From Planctomycetota bacterium (lineage in GTDB: Bacteria; Planctomycetota; Phycisphaerae; Phycisphaerales; SM1A02), in contig JAIOPG010000007.1 in NCBI GenBank assembly GCA_021414025.1, positions 54,008-118,007 on the forward strand: 64,000 bases of DNA. Reading direction: 5' to 3'. Under the pieces are notes generated by a model. That model saw only the letters and a program-made list of their open reading frames with translations. It had not been told where the DNA came from and did no database searches. Shown here in pieces: positions 24,238 to 32,767 of the stretch. The translations under genes were made by a program, and so were the position numbers. Within the stretch, counting starts at the first letter, position 1; each line of letters starts with the position of its first letter.

Positions 24238-26181
24238 GTGAGCCTTGCCATCAAAGATCTGAAAGCCACCCTTCGCCGCCTGGTCGAGACCGGAAAGCAG
24301 CGGAAGTGGATTAGCTACGAGGAACTCAACACCTGCCTGCCGGATGAGTTCGTCAACGCCGACCGGATCGACGAGCTCTTTGTTCTGCTCAGCGAGAATG
24401 GCATCGACATGATGGACGAGGTCGAGGTGCAGCGCAACAAGCTGACGCCGATCGACGCGCCGCTGCAGACCAACCTGAAGTTCCACCGCGACAATCCCAA
24501 GCACCGCAAGGAGAAGGCGATCTCGGTTCCGGCCGCCATCCAGGGACCGCCGCCGGCGCCGATCCTCGGCGCGGGCACGCAGCCCAAGCTTCCCAAGCAG
24601 GTCAAGGATGTCGTGGAGGTTCCCTCCACCAAGGCGGGACCCGATCCGGCGGAGCTGGACGATGAGATCCTCGACGACGCGGAGGCACAGGCGATCCTGG
24701 AGCAGGCCCTCGCCGAGCAGGGCAGCAAGCGCATCGACGATCCCATCCGCATGTACCTCACGCAGATGGGAACCATCCCGCTGCTGACCCGCGAGCAGGA
24801 GATCCGGCTGGCCAAGAAGATCGAGACCACCCGCATGATCTTCCGCCGCAAGACGCTCGAGAGCGACTACGTGGCCCGCCTGGCGACCGAGACGCTCAAG
24901 CAGGTGCGCGACGGCAAGCTGCCCTTCGACCGGACCATGCGCATCTCCACCGCCGAGGAGGACGCCAAGGGCAAGATCGCGGCGCGGATTCCGGTCAACG
25001 TGGAGACCATCGCCAAGCTGATCGTGCTCAACGAGCGGCAGTGGAACCAACTCGAGGACTCGTCGATCTCCGCGGAGCGCAAGAGCGCCATTCGGAGCGA
25101 GCTGCGCCTGCGCCGCCGCAAGGTGACCACGCTGCTGGAGGAGTGCTGCCTGCGCACCGGCCGCATCCAGCCGCTGATGCGCCGCCTGCAGTCCATCCAC
25201 CGCAAGATGCGCGAGCTGATCCGTCAGCTGCAGAAGGCCGAGAAATTCCCGGAGCGATTCGACCCCGAGGACCAGATCGTGATGCGCGAAGAGCTCTCCG
25301 GCCTGCGCTCCATCGTGTTCGAGGAGCCCGAGGAGCTCGAGGCTCGCATGAAGGCGATCGAGCGCGTCTTCGGCGAGTACGAGCAGGCCAAGCGCGACCT
25401 CTCCGGCGGCAACCTCCGCCTGGTGGTCAGCATCGCCAAGAAGTATCGCAACCGCGGACTCCCCTTCCTGGACATCATCCAGGAGGGCAACACCGGCCTG
25501 ATGCGCGCCGTGGACAAGTACGAATACCAGCGCGGCTACAAGTTCAGCACCTACGCGACCTGGTGGATCCGCCAGGCGATCACCCGCGCCATCGCGGACC
25601 ACGCGCGGACGATCCGCGTTCCGGTGCACATGATCGAGACCATGAGCAAGCTGCGCAACATCCAGAAGCACCTGCTGCAGGAGCTGGGGCGCGAGCCCAC
25701 CGGCGAGGAGATCGCGGCCAAGGCCAAGATGCCCGCGGAGGAAGTGCGCCGCGTGATGAAGATCAGCCGCCATCCGATCTCGCTCGACCGCCCCGTGGGC
25801 GAGAGCGAGGACAGCCACTTCGGCGACTTCATCGAGGACGAGCGGCAGTCGAGCCCGTCCGAGGCGGCCAGCAACGAGCTGCTGCGCCAGCGCATCAACG
25901 ACGTGCTCAAGACCCTCACCTACCGAGAGCGAGAAATTCTGAAGCTGCGCTACGGCATCGGCGACGGATACACCTACACCCTCGAGGAAGTGGGACGCAT
26001 CTTCAAGGTCACCCGCGAGCGCGTGCGCCAAGTCGAGAGCAAGGCCCTGAAGAAGCTGCAGCATCCGGTGCGGAGCCAGCGGCTCTCCAGCTTCCTGGTT
26101 TCTCAGGATGACGGGGACGACGCCGGCGACGGCGAAGTGCTCGACACCGGCGAGGATGTGCCCGACGACTCCGAGGATTGA
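24238..26181 (+). CDS. rpoD: Primary RNA polymerase sigma factor (sigma-70)
   Basis: GTG start. Regions 1.2-4.2 are present: [66 protein letters not shown]. Acidic C-terminal tail. Confidence 0.95.
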   Translation: MSLAIKDLKATLRRLVETGKQRKWISYEELNTCLPDEFVNADRIDELFVLLSENGIDMMDEVEVQRNKLTPIDAPLQTNLKFHRDNPKHRKEKAISVPAAIQGPPPAPILGAGTQPKLPKQVKDVVEVPSTKAGPDPAELDDEILDDAEAQAILEQALAEQGSKRIDDPIRMYLTQMGTIPLLTREQEIRLAKKIETTRMIFRRKTLESDYVARLATETLKQVRDGKLPFDRTMRISTAEEDAKGKIAARIPVNVETIAKLIVLNERQWNQLEDSSISAERKSAIRSELRLRRRKVTTLLEECCLRTGRIQPLMRRLQSIHRKMRELIRQLQKAEKFPERFDPEDQIVMREELSGLRSIVFEEPEELEARMKAIERVFGEYEQAKRDLSGGNLRLVVSIAKKYRNRGLPFLDIIQEGNTGLMRAVDKYEYQRGYKFSTYATWWIRQAITRAIADHARTIRVPVHMIETMSKLRNIQKHLLQELGREPTGEEIAAKAKMPAEEVRRVMKISRHPISLDRPVGESEDSHFGDFIEDERQSSPSEAASNELLRQRINDVLKTLTYREREILKLRYGIGDGYTYTLEEVGRIFKVTRERVRQVESKALKKLQHPVRSQRLSSFLVSQDDGDDAGDGEVLDTGEDVPDDSED

Positions 26182-26276
26182 CGGACATGGCCCTGCCCGC
26201 TTGGGCAAGGCCCTTCGGAAGGTTGTTTTTCAGCGGCAGGCAAGCCCAAAGGCGGCTGAGTACACTTTGCCCTCTT

Positions 26277-26360
26277 GCGGATGTGGCGAAATTGGCAGAC
26301 GCGCAAGATTCAGGTTCTTGTGGGGTCACACCCATGGAGGTTCGATTCCTCTCATCCGCA
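26277..26360 (+). tRNA. tRNA-Leu (anticodon CAG)
   Basis: 84-nt class II tRNA. Acceptor GCGGATG/CATCCGC, anticodon stem CAAGA/TCTTG with loop TTCAGGT, a long variable arm, and T-loop TTCGATT. Confidence 0.9.
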
Positions 26361-26366
26361 TTCCCG

Positions 26367-26400
26367 AAGCCCGGTCCTTGGCCGGGCTTCCGGTGTTTTT
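26367..26400 (+). terminator. Rho-independent terminator after tRNA-Leu
   Basis: Hairpin GAAGCCCGG...CCGGGCTTC followed by CGGTGTTTTT. Confidence 0.45.
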
Positions 26401-26456
26401 GAGGGGCGTGACCGCGGTGTGTTTGCGGCGCCTCGCCACGGCCCTACCCTTGCCCT

Positions 26457-27632
26457 GTGATCTATCTGGATAACAACGCGACCACCATGCCGCTGCCAGC
26501 GGTCGTGGAGTCGATGCGCGAGGCGCTGGAGGAGAACTGGGGCAATCCCAGCAGCGTCCACCGTCTGGGCCAAGCCGCGCGGTCGCTGATCGAGCGGGCC
26601 CGCGAAGTCGTCGCCCGGCTGATTGACTGTTCGGATCGTGAACTGATCTTCACCTCCGGGGGCACCGAGTCCGTGGCGCTGGCCTTGCACGGGGTGCTGG
26701 AGGCGCACCCCAAGAAGAGCGCGATCGTCACCAGCCGGCTTGAGCATGCTGCGGTCCGAAACCTGGCGGAACGCCTGGAGTCCGAGGGCCGATGCAAGGT
26801 CCATTGGATCCAGCATTCCGGCACGGGCGCCGTCGATCTCGATCACCTGCGCGATGTATTGACAAAGCATGCCAAGGAGCTCGCGCTGGTGTCTCTCATG
26901 TCCGCCAACAACGAGACCGGCGTCCTCCTTCCCGCGGGCGAGGTCGGAGCCTTGTGCCGGGAGCATGGAATTCTCTTCCACACCGACGCGACCCAATCCG
27001 CCGGACGGGTTCCCTTCGATGTGTCCTTGTCGAGCGCGGACCTGGCCACCTTTTCCGCGCACAAAATGCATGGACCCAAGGGGGCCGGAGCCCTGTTCGT
27101 CCGCCGCGGCGTCGGTCTGTCACCCCAGGTGGTGGGCGGACCGCAGGAACGCGATCGTCGCGGCGGAACCGAAAATGTTCCGGGGATCGCCGGCTTCGCT
27201 GCCGCCGCCGAGGCATCCATGGCGTGGCTCCTCTCCGCGGACCGGCTCGCCATGGAGTTGATGAAAAATGAATTTGAGAAATCGATTCGATCCGCTCTGC
27301 CGGACGCCGTGGTCAACGGCGCCGCAGCTCCACGACTCTGGAACACCAGCAACATCGCATTTCCCCAGCTCGAGGCGGAGGCGATTCTGCTGGCGCTTTC
27401 CGACCGGGGGGTCTGCGCCAGCGCCGGCGCCGCGTGCAGTTCCGGGTCACTCGACCCCTCGCCGGTGCTGCTGGCCATGGGCGTGCCGCCGCTGCTCGCC
27501 CACGGCAGCATCCGCTTCAGCCTCTCGCGATTCACGACCCGCGAGGAACTGGCTGAAGCCGCCGCCATCGTCAGCTCCTGCGTGAAGAAGCTCCATGCCA
27601 GCACGGGCGCCGCGGTCAGAGCCCGGCGCTGA
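26457..27632 (+). CDS. Cysteine desulfurase (class V aminotransferase, NifS/IscS-like)
   Basis: GTG start. IYLDNNATT N-terminus, SANNETGV, the HTDATQS..., FSAHKMHGPKG PLP-lysine region, and the catalytic-loop CASAGAACSSG. Confidence 0.85.
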   Translation: MIYLDNNATTMPLPAVVESMREALEENWGNPSSVHRLGQAARSLIERAREVVARLIDCSDRELIFTSGGTESVALALHGVLEAHPKKSAIVTSRLEHAAVRNLAERLESEGRCKVHWIQHSGTGAVDLDHLRDVLTKHAKELALVSLMSANNETGVLLPAGEVGALCREHGILFHTDATQSAGRVPFDVSLSSADLATFSAHKMHGPKGAGALFVRRGVGLSPQVVGGPQERDRRGGTENVPGIAGFAAAAEASMAWLLSADRLAMELMKNEFEKSIRSALPDAVVNGAAAPRLWNTSNIAFPQLEAEAILLALSDRGVCASAGAACSSGSLDPSPVLLAMGVPPLLAHGSIRFSLSRFTTREELAEAAAIVSSCVKKLHASTGAAVRARR

Positions 27633-27655
27633 GCGCTCCACAGCCCAAAGTTCTA

Positions 27656-30600
27656 TCAGTGGAAGAGCGCGGCGAGCACTTCGGTCGAGGGAATCTCGAA
27701 GGGACGAAAGCGCTCGGTGGCCCCCTTCTCCTCGCTGAAGATCAAGGCGCGGTCGGCCCCAAGGCGCGAGGCCGTGGGCATGTCCATCAGGTAGCTCGAG
27801 TCCACGGCGCTCATCTGCATCAGGATGCGGCTGTCGAACTCGCGCAGCGCGTTGCGGTCGATGCAGCGCTGCAGGCTCGGCGCCGTGTCGGCCCACGCCA
27901 CCACATGAACGCCGACGCTGGGGCCGTCGCGCAGGATTCCTCCGAAGACCTTGTCCGGCTTGGGCGGGCCGTCCGTGGAGACGGAAAAATCGTCCTCGTC
28001 CCTGCGGAGAGTGCGGAATCGCTGCAGTCCGTGGATCATCAGCAGGATCGGCGGCTGATCCTGCCGGCCCTCCGCGACGCGCCGGGCGACTTCGACACCC
28101 AGCTGGATGATGGCGGCGTCGGTGTCGCGGTAGCCGGGAAGCTCGGCCTTCAGCTTGAGCGTCTCGACGGCGGCCTGCAGCGCGCCCGTCGTGAGTGAAT
28201 CGGGTGTGGTGCCGTCGAGCAGCACGACCCGCCCGGGCAAGGTTCGGGTCGCCGCCGCGAAACTGGCCAGCGCCGCCACACTCAAGCCCGTGGCGACGTC
28301 CTCGCGCTGGCCGACGACGATGAGATTCGCCCCCGACTGCCGGCGGAACGTGACCGAGCTGGCGTTGCGGATCGCCACCGGATTCCCGACGAAGAACTGC
28401 AGCGCGGGCACGCCCGACGCAGGCGGCTTGGCAATCAGCTCCTTGAGCGGCTGGCACTGTTCGATGCGGGCCGATGCGGTTCCGTCGAAGACGATCATCT
28501 TGCGGTCGGCAACGCCGCGGGTGCGGGCGGCTGTGGCCAGATCGCGCACCCGTTCGTCGCGCTGGACATCGGTGAGCCACACCACCTGGAAGGGACTGTT
28601 GCCTTCGATCAATCCGCCCGCGTCGTTGTAGATCGCCTCGCCCGGCCTCGAAAGCAGGCGCGCCGCGGTGTTGTCATCGGAGAGGATCATGGCCGAGTCG
28701 GCTTCGTTGCATTGCAGCGCGATGCGGATGCCCATCTGCCCCATCGTGGTGCGCGGCAGCGCGTAGGTGCCGCCCAGGGTCTGCGAGCCCAGGATCACGT
28801 GCATGCCGAAGGCGCGGCCCTGGCGGACCAGGCGGTCCAGCAGCAGCGAGGCGTCCTGGGCCACCTTGTCCTCCTCCACGAAAAGCTCCTGGAACTCGTC
28901 GACGATCAGCAGCGTGCGCGGCATCGGATCGGGCTTGCCCAGCAGCCGCCACGCGGCGAGATCCTGCACGCCCGCCATGCGGAAGAGGTCGCCGCGGCGC
29001 TTGAGCTCGGCGTCGAGACCCTGCAGCACGCTCAGGCCGAACTCGCGGTCGCTTTCCACCGCCACCGCCCGTGCATGGGGCAGCCCGTTGGTCGCGTAGG
29101 CTTTGAACTCGACTCCCTTCTTGAAGTCGATCAGCCAGAGCTCGACCTCGTCGGGCGAATACCAGAGCGCCACATTGGTGATGAGGGCGTGCAGCAACGT
29201 GCTTTTGCCGGAGCCGGTCTTGCCGGCGAGCAGCACATGCTGTCGCGTGCCCTCGCCGATCTCCACGTACTGCAACTTGTTGGCGCCGCTGCGGCCCACC
29301 GGCACGCGCAGCATCTTGGCGCTGGAGGAGCTCCAGCGCTGCTCCTTGCCGGGCTCGATGGCCTGGAAGGGAACTTCGACGCGTGAGCCCGCCTTCGCCG
29401 CGCGTCCGACGCTTTTCAGCACCGTCTGCAGCAGCGCGGCTGCCGGCATGGTGGCGGGGATAAAGGGAACGTCCTCGAGCCCGGGTGCGTCGACCACAAA
29501 GCGATCCTGCTTCCACTGAATGCGCTGGCAGCGCTGCAGCAGCTCCTCCTCCTTGATCTGGGCGGGAAGCGGCTGGGCGGGATCGCGCAGCAGCAGGAAG
29601 TGGATGCCGCAGCGCGCCCCGGACTGCAGCAGGCTGGCGAAGCGCTTGCTGCCGGCATCGCTCAGGCCCGCGGGAAAGTCGGCGAAGACGATCACGCGCA
29701 GCGGCTCGGCCAGCTCACCCGCCTGCAGGTTGTAGTCCGCGATCGTGTCGAATTCGTCGCGCAGGTACTTCTGGATCACGGTTTCGACGTGCTCGGTCAG
29801 GTCGGTCAGCTTCTGCTCGATGTGGCGCGGCTCGCTCCAGATGCGCTCCCCCACCAGCGACTCCATTTCGTCGGCCAGGTGCATGAAACCGGCGAAGCTC
29901 TGGCCCAGACCGACGGGGTCGAAGAAGTAGAAGCGCACCTTGCCGGGGGGCGCCTGCGTGAGCAATCGCAGCGCCGCGCTCTGGATCATCTCCAGCCCCT
30001 TGTCGCGACCTGAAAGCGGGGTCTCCACCAGGAGCGAAGGCGCCTCGGGCAGAGGGCGGAAGGCGGGTATCTCCCATGAGGGCGGCGCGTCCGCCGACGG
30101 ACTCCAGGCGCAATCAGGCTCGGCGGGCATGCCGTCGGCAACCGACGCGAGGTCGAGCTTCAACCGGCCGAACGCCAGGCCCTCCGAGATGTGCCCGGGC
30201 AGATTGTCCTCGCGAGCCGACGCCTGCCAATCCGCCATCAGCGACTTGCCCTTCTCCTCCATGACCGCAGTCCAATCCTTGAAGGCATCCCGCTGCTTCA
30301 GCCATGCGGCACTGCGCTGCGCCGCGTGAGTCTGCTCGATCGCGTCCAGTTCCGCCCGGTTCTCGGCGGTCTTTTTCTTTTCCGCCGAAGCCGCGCTTTT
30401 CTCGACCTTTTCGTACGACGCGCGGGCGGCCTGCGCCACGGCCTCGATCTCCTGGAGACGCTTCGCCTTGCGGGCCCCGACCGTGGCGAGCTGCTCGTCG
30501 CGCTGCCGACGCGCCTGGTGCAGCGCCGTGCGGCTCTTCTCCTGCAGATCCTCGATGATGGGCTTCCACTTCTCCTTCGCGGCCTTCACTTCGCGGTCAC

Positions 30601-31531
30601 GGGTGGCGACCGCGGCGGCCGTCGCGGCGCGGCGCTGATCGGCCGCAAGCTTCAAGGCGGCCTCGCCGGCCGCAGCGCCCATCTGCTCGGCGATCGAGAT
30701 CGGAATCCAGGCGCGACGAACCTGCGTGCGCGCCATGAACCAGAGGGCGCTGATGCCGACCAAGCTCAGCACCACGCCCGCGCCGAGCGCCCCCAGCAAG
30801 GGCAGGCCGCGCACGCCCGCCATGGCCGCGACTCCCGTCAGGGTTCCGGTGAGAAGGATCGAGGGAACCAGGAGGATCGGTCCGCGCAGCAGCCCGGGAA
30901 TCTTCAGCTTGCGAAAGCGCTCGACCGCATCCATGGCGATCCCGGCCTGGGTGGTGAGGATCCCTTCGCACGCCTTGGGCGAAAAATTCAAGTCGACCGG
31001 GTGCGGCGGCGGGCGGGTCTGGCGAAATCGCCTCAATTGCACCAGGGCCGCGGCGAGTGATTCCTTCAGCGTGGTCTGCAGGTGGACGATGCGGCTGCGG
31101 GTCTCCTCGAATTCGACGCGCGGGGCCGCCTCCCCGGTTTCCAGCACGCTTTCGGCGAGCCAGATGGCCTCCTCCATGTGCTGCTTGCTGGAATGCTGAT
31201 TCTCGCGGAGATTGTTCTTGATCTCCTCGGCGCGGACTCGAGCCCCATCCTCGATGTTCTTGAGCTCCTGATCGGCCTCCGCGCCGGCGACGCGCAGACC
31301 CTCCTCGCGGATCTTCTCGCATTCGTCGGCGCGCTGCTGCCGCTCCTGCTCGATGCGGTTCAGCTCAATCTGGTGGCGCGACAGCTCCGCCTCGCGCAGC
31401 TTCAGCATTTTCTCGCGCGATCCCGCCAGCGACTGGGCGTACTCATGGCAAGCCTTGCGCAGCAGCGTCCAGCGCCTTCCGCACTCCTTCAGGGGATCGG
31501 GATGCTCGATGTCCGGTGGTGCGTCGATCAC
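27656..31531 (-). CDS. Membrane-anchored multi-domain FtsK/SpoIIIE-family ATPase (EssC/EccC-like, type VII secretion-type)
   Basis: GTG start, 1291 aa. Residues 1-200 are charged and coiled-coil-like. Two hydrophobic helices lie at about 214-266, followed by a second coiled-coil region. Three FtsK/SpoIIIE-like modules follow. Only the middle one has a canonical Walker A (AGKTGSGKST, nt 29198-29224) and Walker B (LLIVDEF, nt 28892-28912). It lies in an operon with WXG100-like genes. Confidence 0.85.
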   Translation of the reverse strand: MIDAPPDIEHPDPLKECGRRWTLLRKACHEYAQSLAGSREKMLKLREAELSRHQIELNRIEQERQQRADECEKIREEGLRVAGAEADQELKNIEDGARVRAEEIKNNLRENQHSSKQHMEEAIWLAESVLETGEAAPRVEFEETRSRIVHLQTTLKESLAAALVQLRRFRQTRPPPHPVDLNFSPKACEGILTTQAGIAMDAVERFRKLKIPGLLRGPILLVPSILLTGTLTGVAAMAGVRGLPLLGALGAGVVLSLVGISALWFMARTQVRRAWIPISIAEQMGAAAGEAALKLAADQRRAATAAAVATRDREVKAAKEKWKPIIEDLQEKSRTALHQARRQRDEQLATVGARKAKRLQEIEAVAQAARASYEKVEKSAASAEKKKTAENRAELDAIEQTHAAQRSAAWLKQRDAFKDWTAVMEEKGKSLMADWQASAREDNLPGHISEGLAFGRLKLDLASVADGMPAEPDCAWSPSADAPPSWEIPAFRPLPEAPSLLVETPLSGRDKGLEMIQSAALRLLTQAPPGKVRFYFFDPVGLGQSFAGFMHLADEMESLVGERIWSEPRHIEQKLTDLTEHVETVIQKYLRDEFDTIADYNLQAGELAEPLRVIVFADFPAGLSDAGSKRFASLLQSGARCGIHFLLLRDPAQPLPAQIKEEELLQRCQRIQWKQDRFVVDAPGLEDVPFIPATMPAAALLQTVLKSVGRAAKAGSRVEVPFQAIEPGKEQRWSSSSAKMLRVPVGRSGANKLQYVEIGEGTRQHVLLAGKTGSGKSTLLHALITNVALWYSPDEVELWLIDFKKGVEFKAYATNGLPHARAVAVESDREFGLSVLQGLDAELKRRGDLFRMAGVQDLAAWRLLGKPDPMPRTLLIVDEFQELFVEEDKVAQDASLLLDRLVRQGRAFGMHVILGSQTLGGTYALPRTTMGQMGIRIALQCNEADSAMILSDDNTAARLLSRPGEAIYNDAGGLIEGNSPFQVVWLTDVQRDERVRDLATAARTRGVADRKMIVFDGTASARIEQCQPLKELIAKPPASGVPALQFFVGNPVAIRNASSVTFRRQSGANLIVVGQREDVATGLSVAALASFAAATRTLPGRVVLLDGTTPDSLTTGALQAAVETLKLKAELPGYRDTDAAIIQLGVEVARRVAEGRQDQPPILLMIHGLQRFRTLRRDEDDFSVSTDGPPKPDKVFGGILRDGPSVGVHVVAWADTAPSLQRCIDRNALREFDSRILMQMSAVDSSYLMDMPTASRLGADRALIFSEEKGATERFRPFEIPSTEVLAALFH

Positions 31532-31575
31532 TGCGGTCTATCGTACAAGTGGATTCGTTCCCGACCCGGCCGGCG

Positions 31576-31806
31576 CTACTGGAGCGCGTTGGGATCGTTG
31601 CAATCGCTGCGGATCCGGGCGATCAGATCGCGCATGACTTCCATGGCCTGGATGGCGGACTTGCCGCTGGCCTCCAGGGGCACAACGTATTTCTTTTCCA
31701 GCGTTTGCGAGGCCTGGTCCTTCCACTGGCTCTCGGATTCCGACCATTTGATGCGGAATTCCTTCAAGGCGCCGTAGAGTCGCTGCCGTCCGCCCTCGAC
31801 GCTCAT
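31576..31806 (-). CDS. Small helical WXG100-like protein (76 aa) with W-K-D-Q motif
   Basis: Size, predicted all-helical composition and the central SQWKDQAS motif are paralogous to TWRDQEQ in the 90-aa neighbour. Its start overlaps the stop of the upstream gene by 4 nt. Confidence 0.5.
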   Translation of the reverse strand: MSVEGGRQRLYGALKEFRIKWSESESQWKDQASQTLEKKYVVPLEASGKSAIQAMEVMRDLIARIRSDCNDPNALQ

Positions 31807-32432
31807 GAGGGGCGCTCCTCTTCCTTCGTCGTCTCGTTCGCGCCCTCATCAACGGATGCGGGCGCCTCGCCGGCGCCGCGCCGCATGCTGGTAGTCTTCT
31901 CGCTCTGCGCGATCTCATCCTCGAGCAGCTTGGTCAGATCGGGCGGCTCGCCGCGGACGTAGCGCTCGATCGACACCGCCATCTTGCCCAGCGCGACGAT
32001 GGCCGCGGGCAGGTCGCGATCGTGCATCGCGGAGACCGCGGAGGTGCCCCCCTTGTAGAGCGCCTGCTCGCGGGGGAAGGCCTGGGCCCAGGTCCGGGTG
32101 CGGGCGGCGCGCTTCTCGGCATCTTCGAGCATCGCCTTCACCTTGGCCAGCGTCTTGCGCTCGTCCACGGTGCTGGGCTTGGAGTCCTTGCTGCTGACCA
32201 CCGTCTCCTTGCGAAAGAGGGCGCTGCGGGCGTTGTTCAGGTCCTCGCGCAGGCGGTTGATGCGGTTGCGCCAATAGTTGACGCGGTCGTTCTGCAGCCA
32301 GGTCACCATGCGATCGACCTCGGTGTCGGCCTCGGAGAGCGCCAAGCCCACCTCCTCGCGGCAGCGGATGAAGGCGGCGCGGGTCCGCTCGAGCACGTCG
32401 ATCGACTGGAGATTGGCCTGCTGCGGATCCAT
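31803..32432 (-). CDS. Hypothetical protein (209 aa) of the T7SS-like operon
   Basis: High GC3 ORF. Helical N-terminal half with W45 (VTWLQND), and an acidic, disordered-looking C-terminus. No family recognised. Confidence 0.6.
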   Translation of the reverse strand: MDPQQANLQSIDVLERTRAAFIRCREEVGLALSEADTEVDRMVTWLQNDRVNYWRNRINRLREDLNNARSALFRKETVVSSKDSKPSTVDERKTLAKVKAMLEDAEKRAARTRTWAQAFPREQALYKGGTSAVSAMHDRDLPAAIVALGKMAVSIERYVRGEPPDLTKLLEDEIAQSEKTTSMRRGAGEAPASVDEGANETTKEEERPS

Positions 32433-32457
32433 GGAGAGTCTCGGCGGTGCGGCGCCG

Positions 32458-32730
32458 TCAGCGCTGGTTCAGGTATTCCTCGATGCGCTCCGCCTTGCGG
32501 ACCAGGAACGGGATGTGCGTGTCGCAGGCCTTGACAAACTTCTGCAGTGCCCGCATGGTCTGCTCGAACTCCTCGGAGAACTTCACCTGCTCCTGGTCGC
32601 GCCAAGTCTGCTGCAGTCCGCCCAGCGAGGCCCCGACGCGCGACATCTGAGTCTGCACGTCACTATTGAATTTCTTCAGGTCGGCGGCGAATCGACGGAG
32701 CTCGTTGGGATCGACAATTGCTTTGGCCAT
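32458..32730 (-). CDS. WXG100-family-like protein (90 aa) with W-R-D instead of W-x-G
   Basis: The N-terminus MAKAIVDPNELRRFAADLKKF matches the typical WXG100/YukE-type start (I-x-V-x-P-x-EL). Trp is at residue 43, the same position as W43 of ESAT-6. Length is about 90 aa. AGAGGTG RBS lies 5 nt upstream. Confidence 0.65.
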   Translation of the reverse strand: MAKAIVDPNELRRFAADLKKFNSDVQTQMSRVGASLGGLQQTWRDQEQVKFSEEFEQTMRALQKFVKACDTHIPFLVRKAERIEEYLNQR

Positions 32731-32767
32731 GGGTCACCTCTGGGCCAAGTGTACGCTTGGAGCGCCC

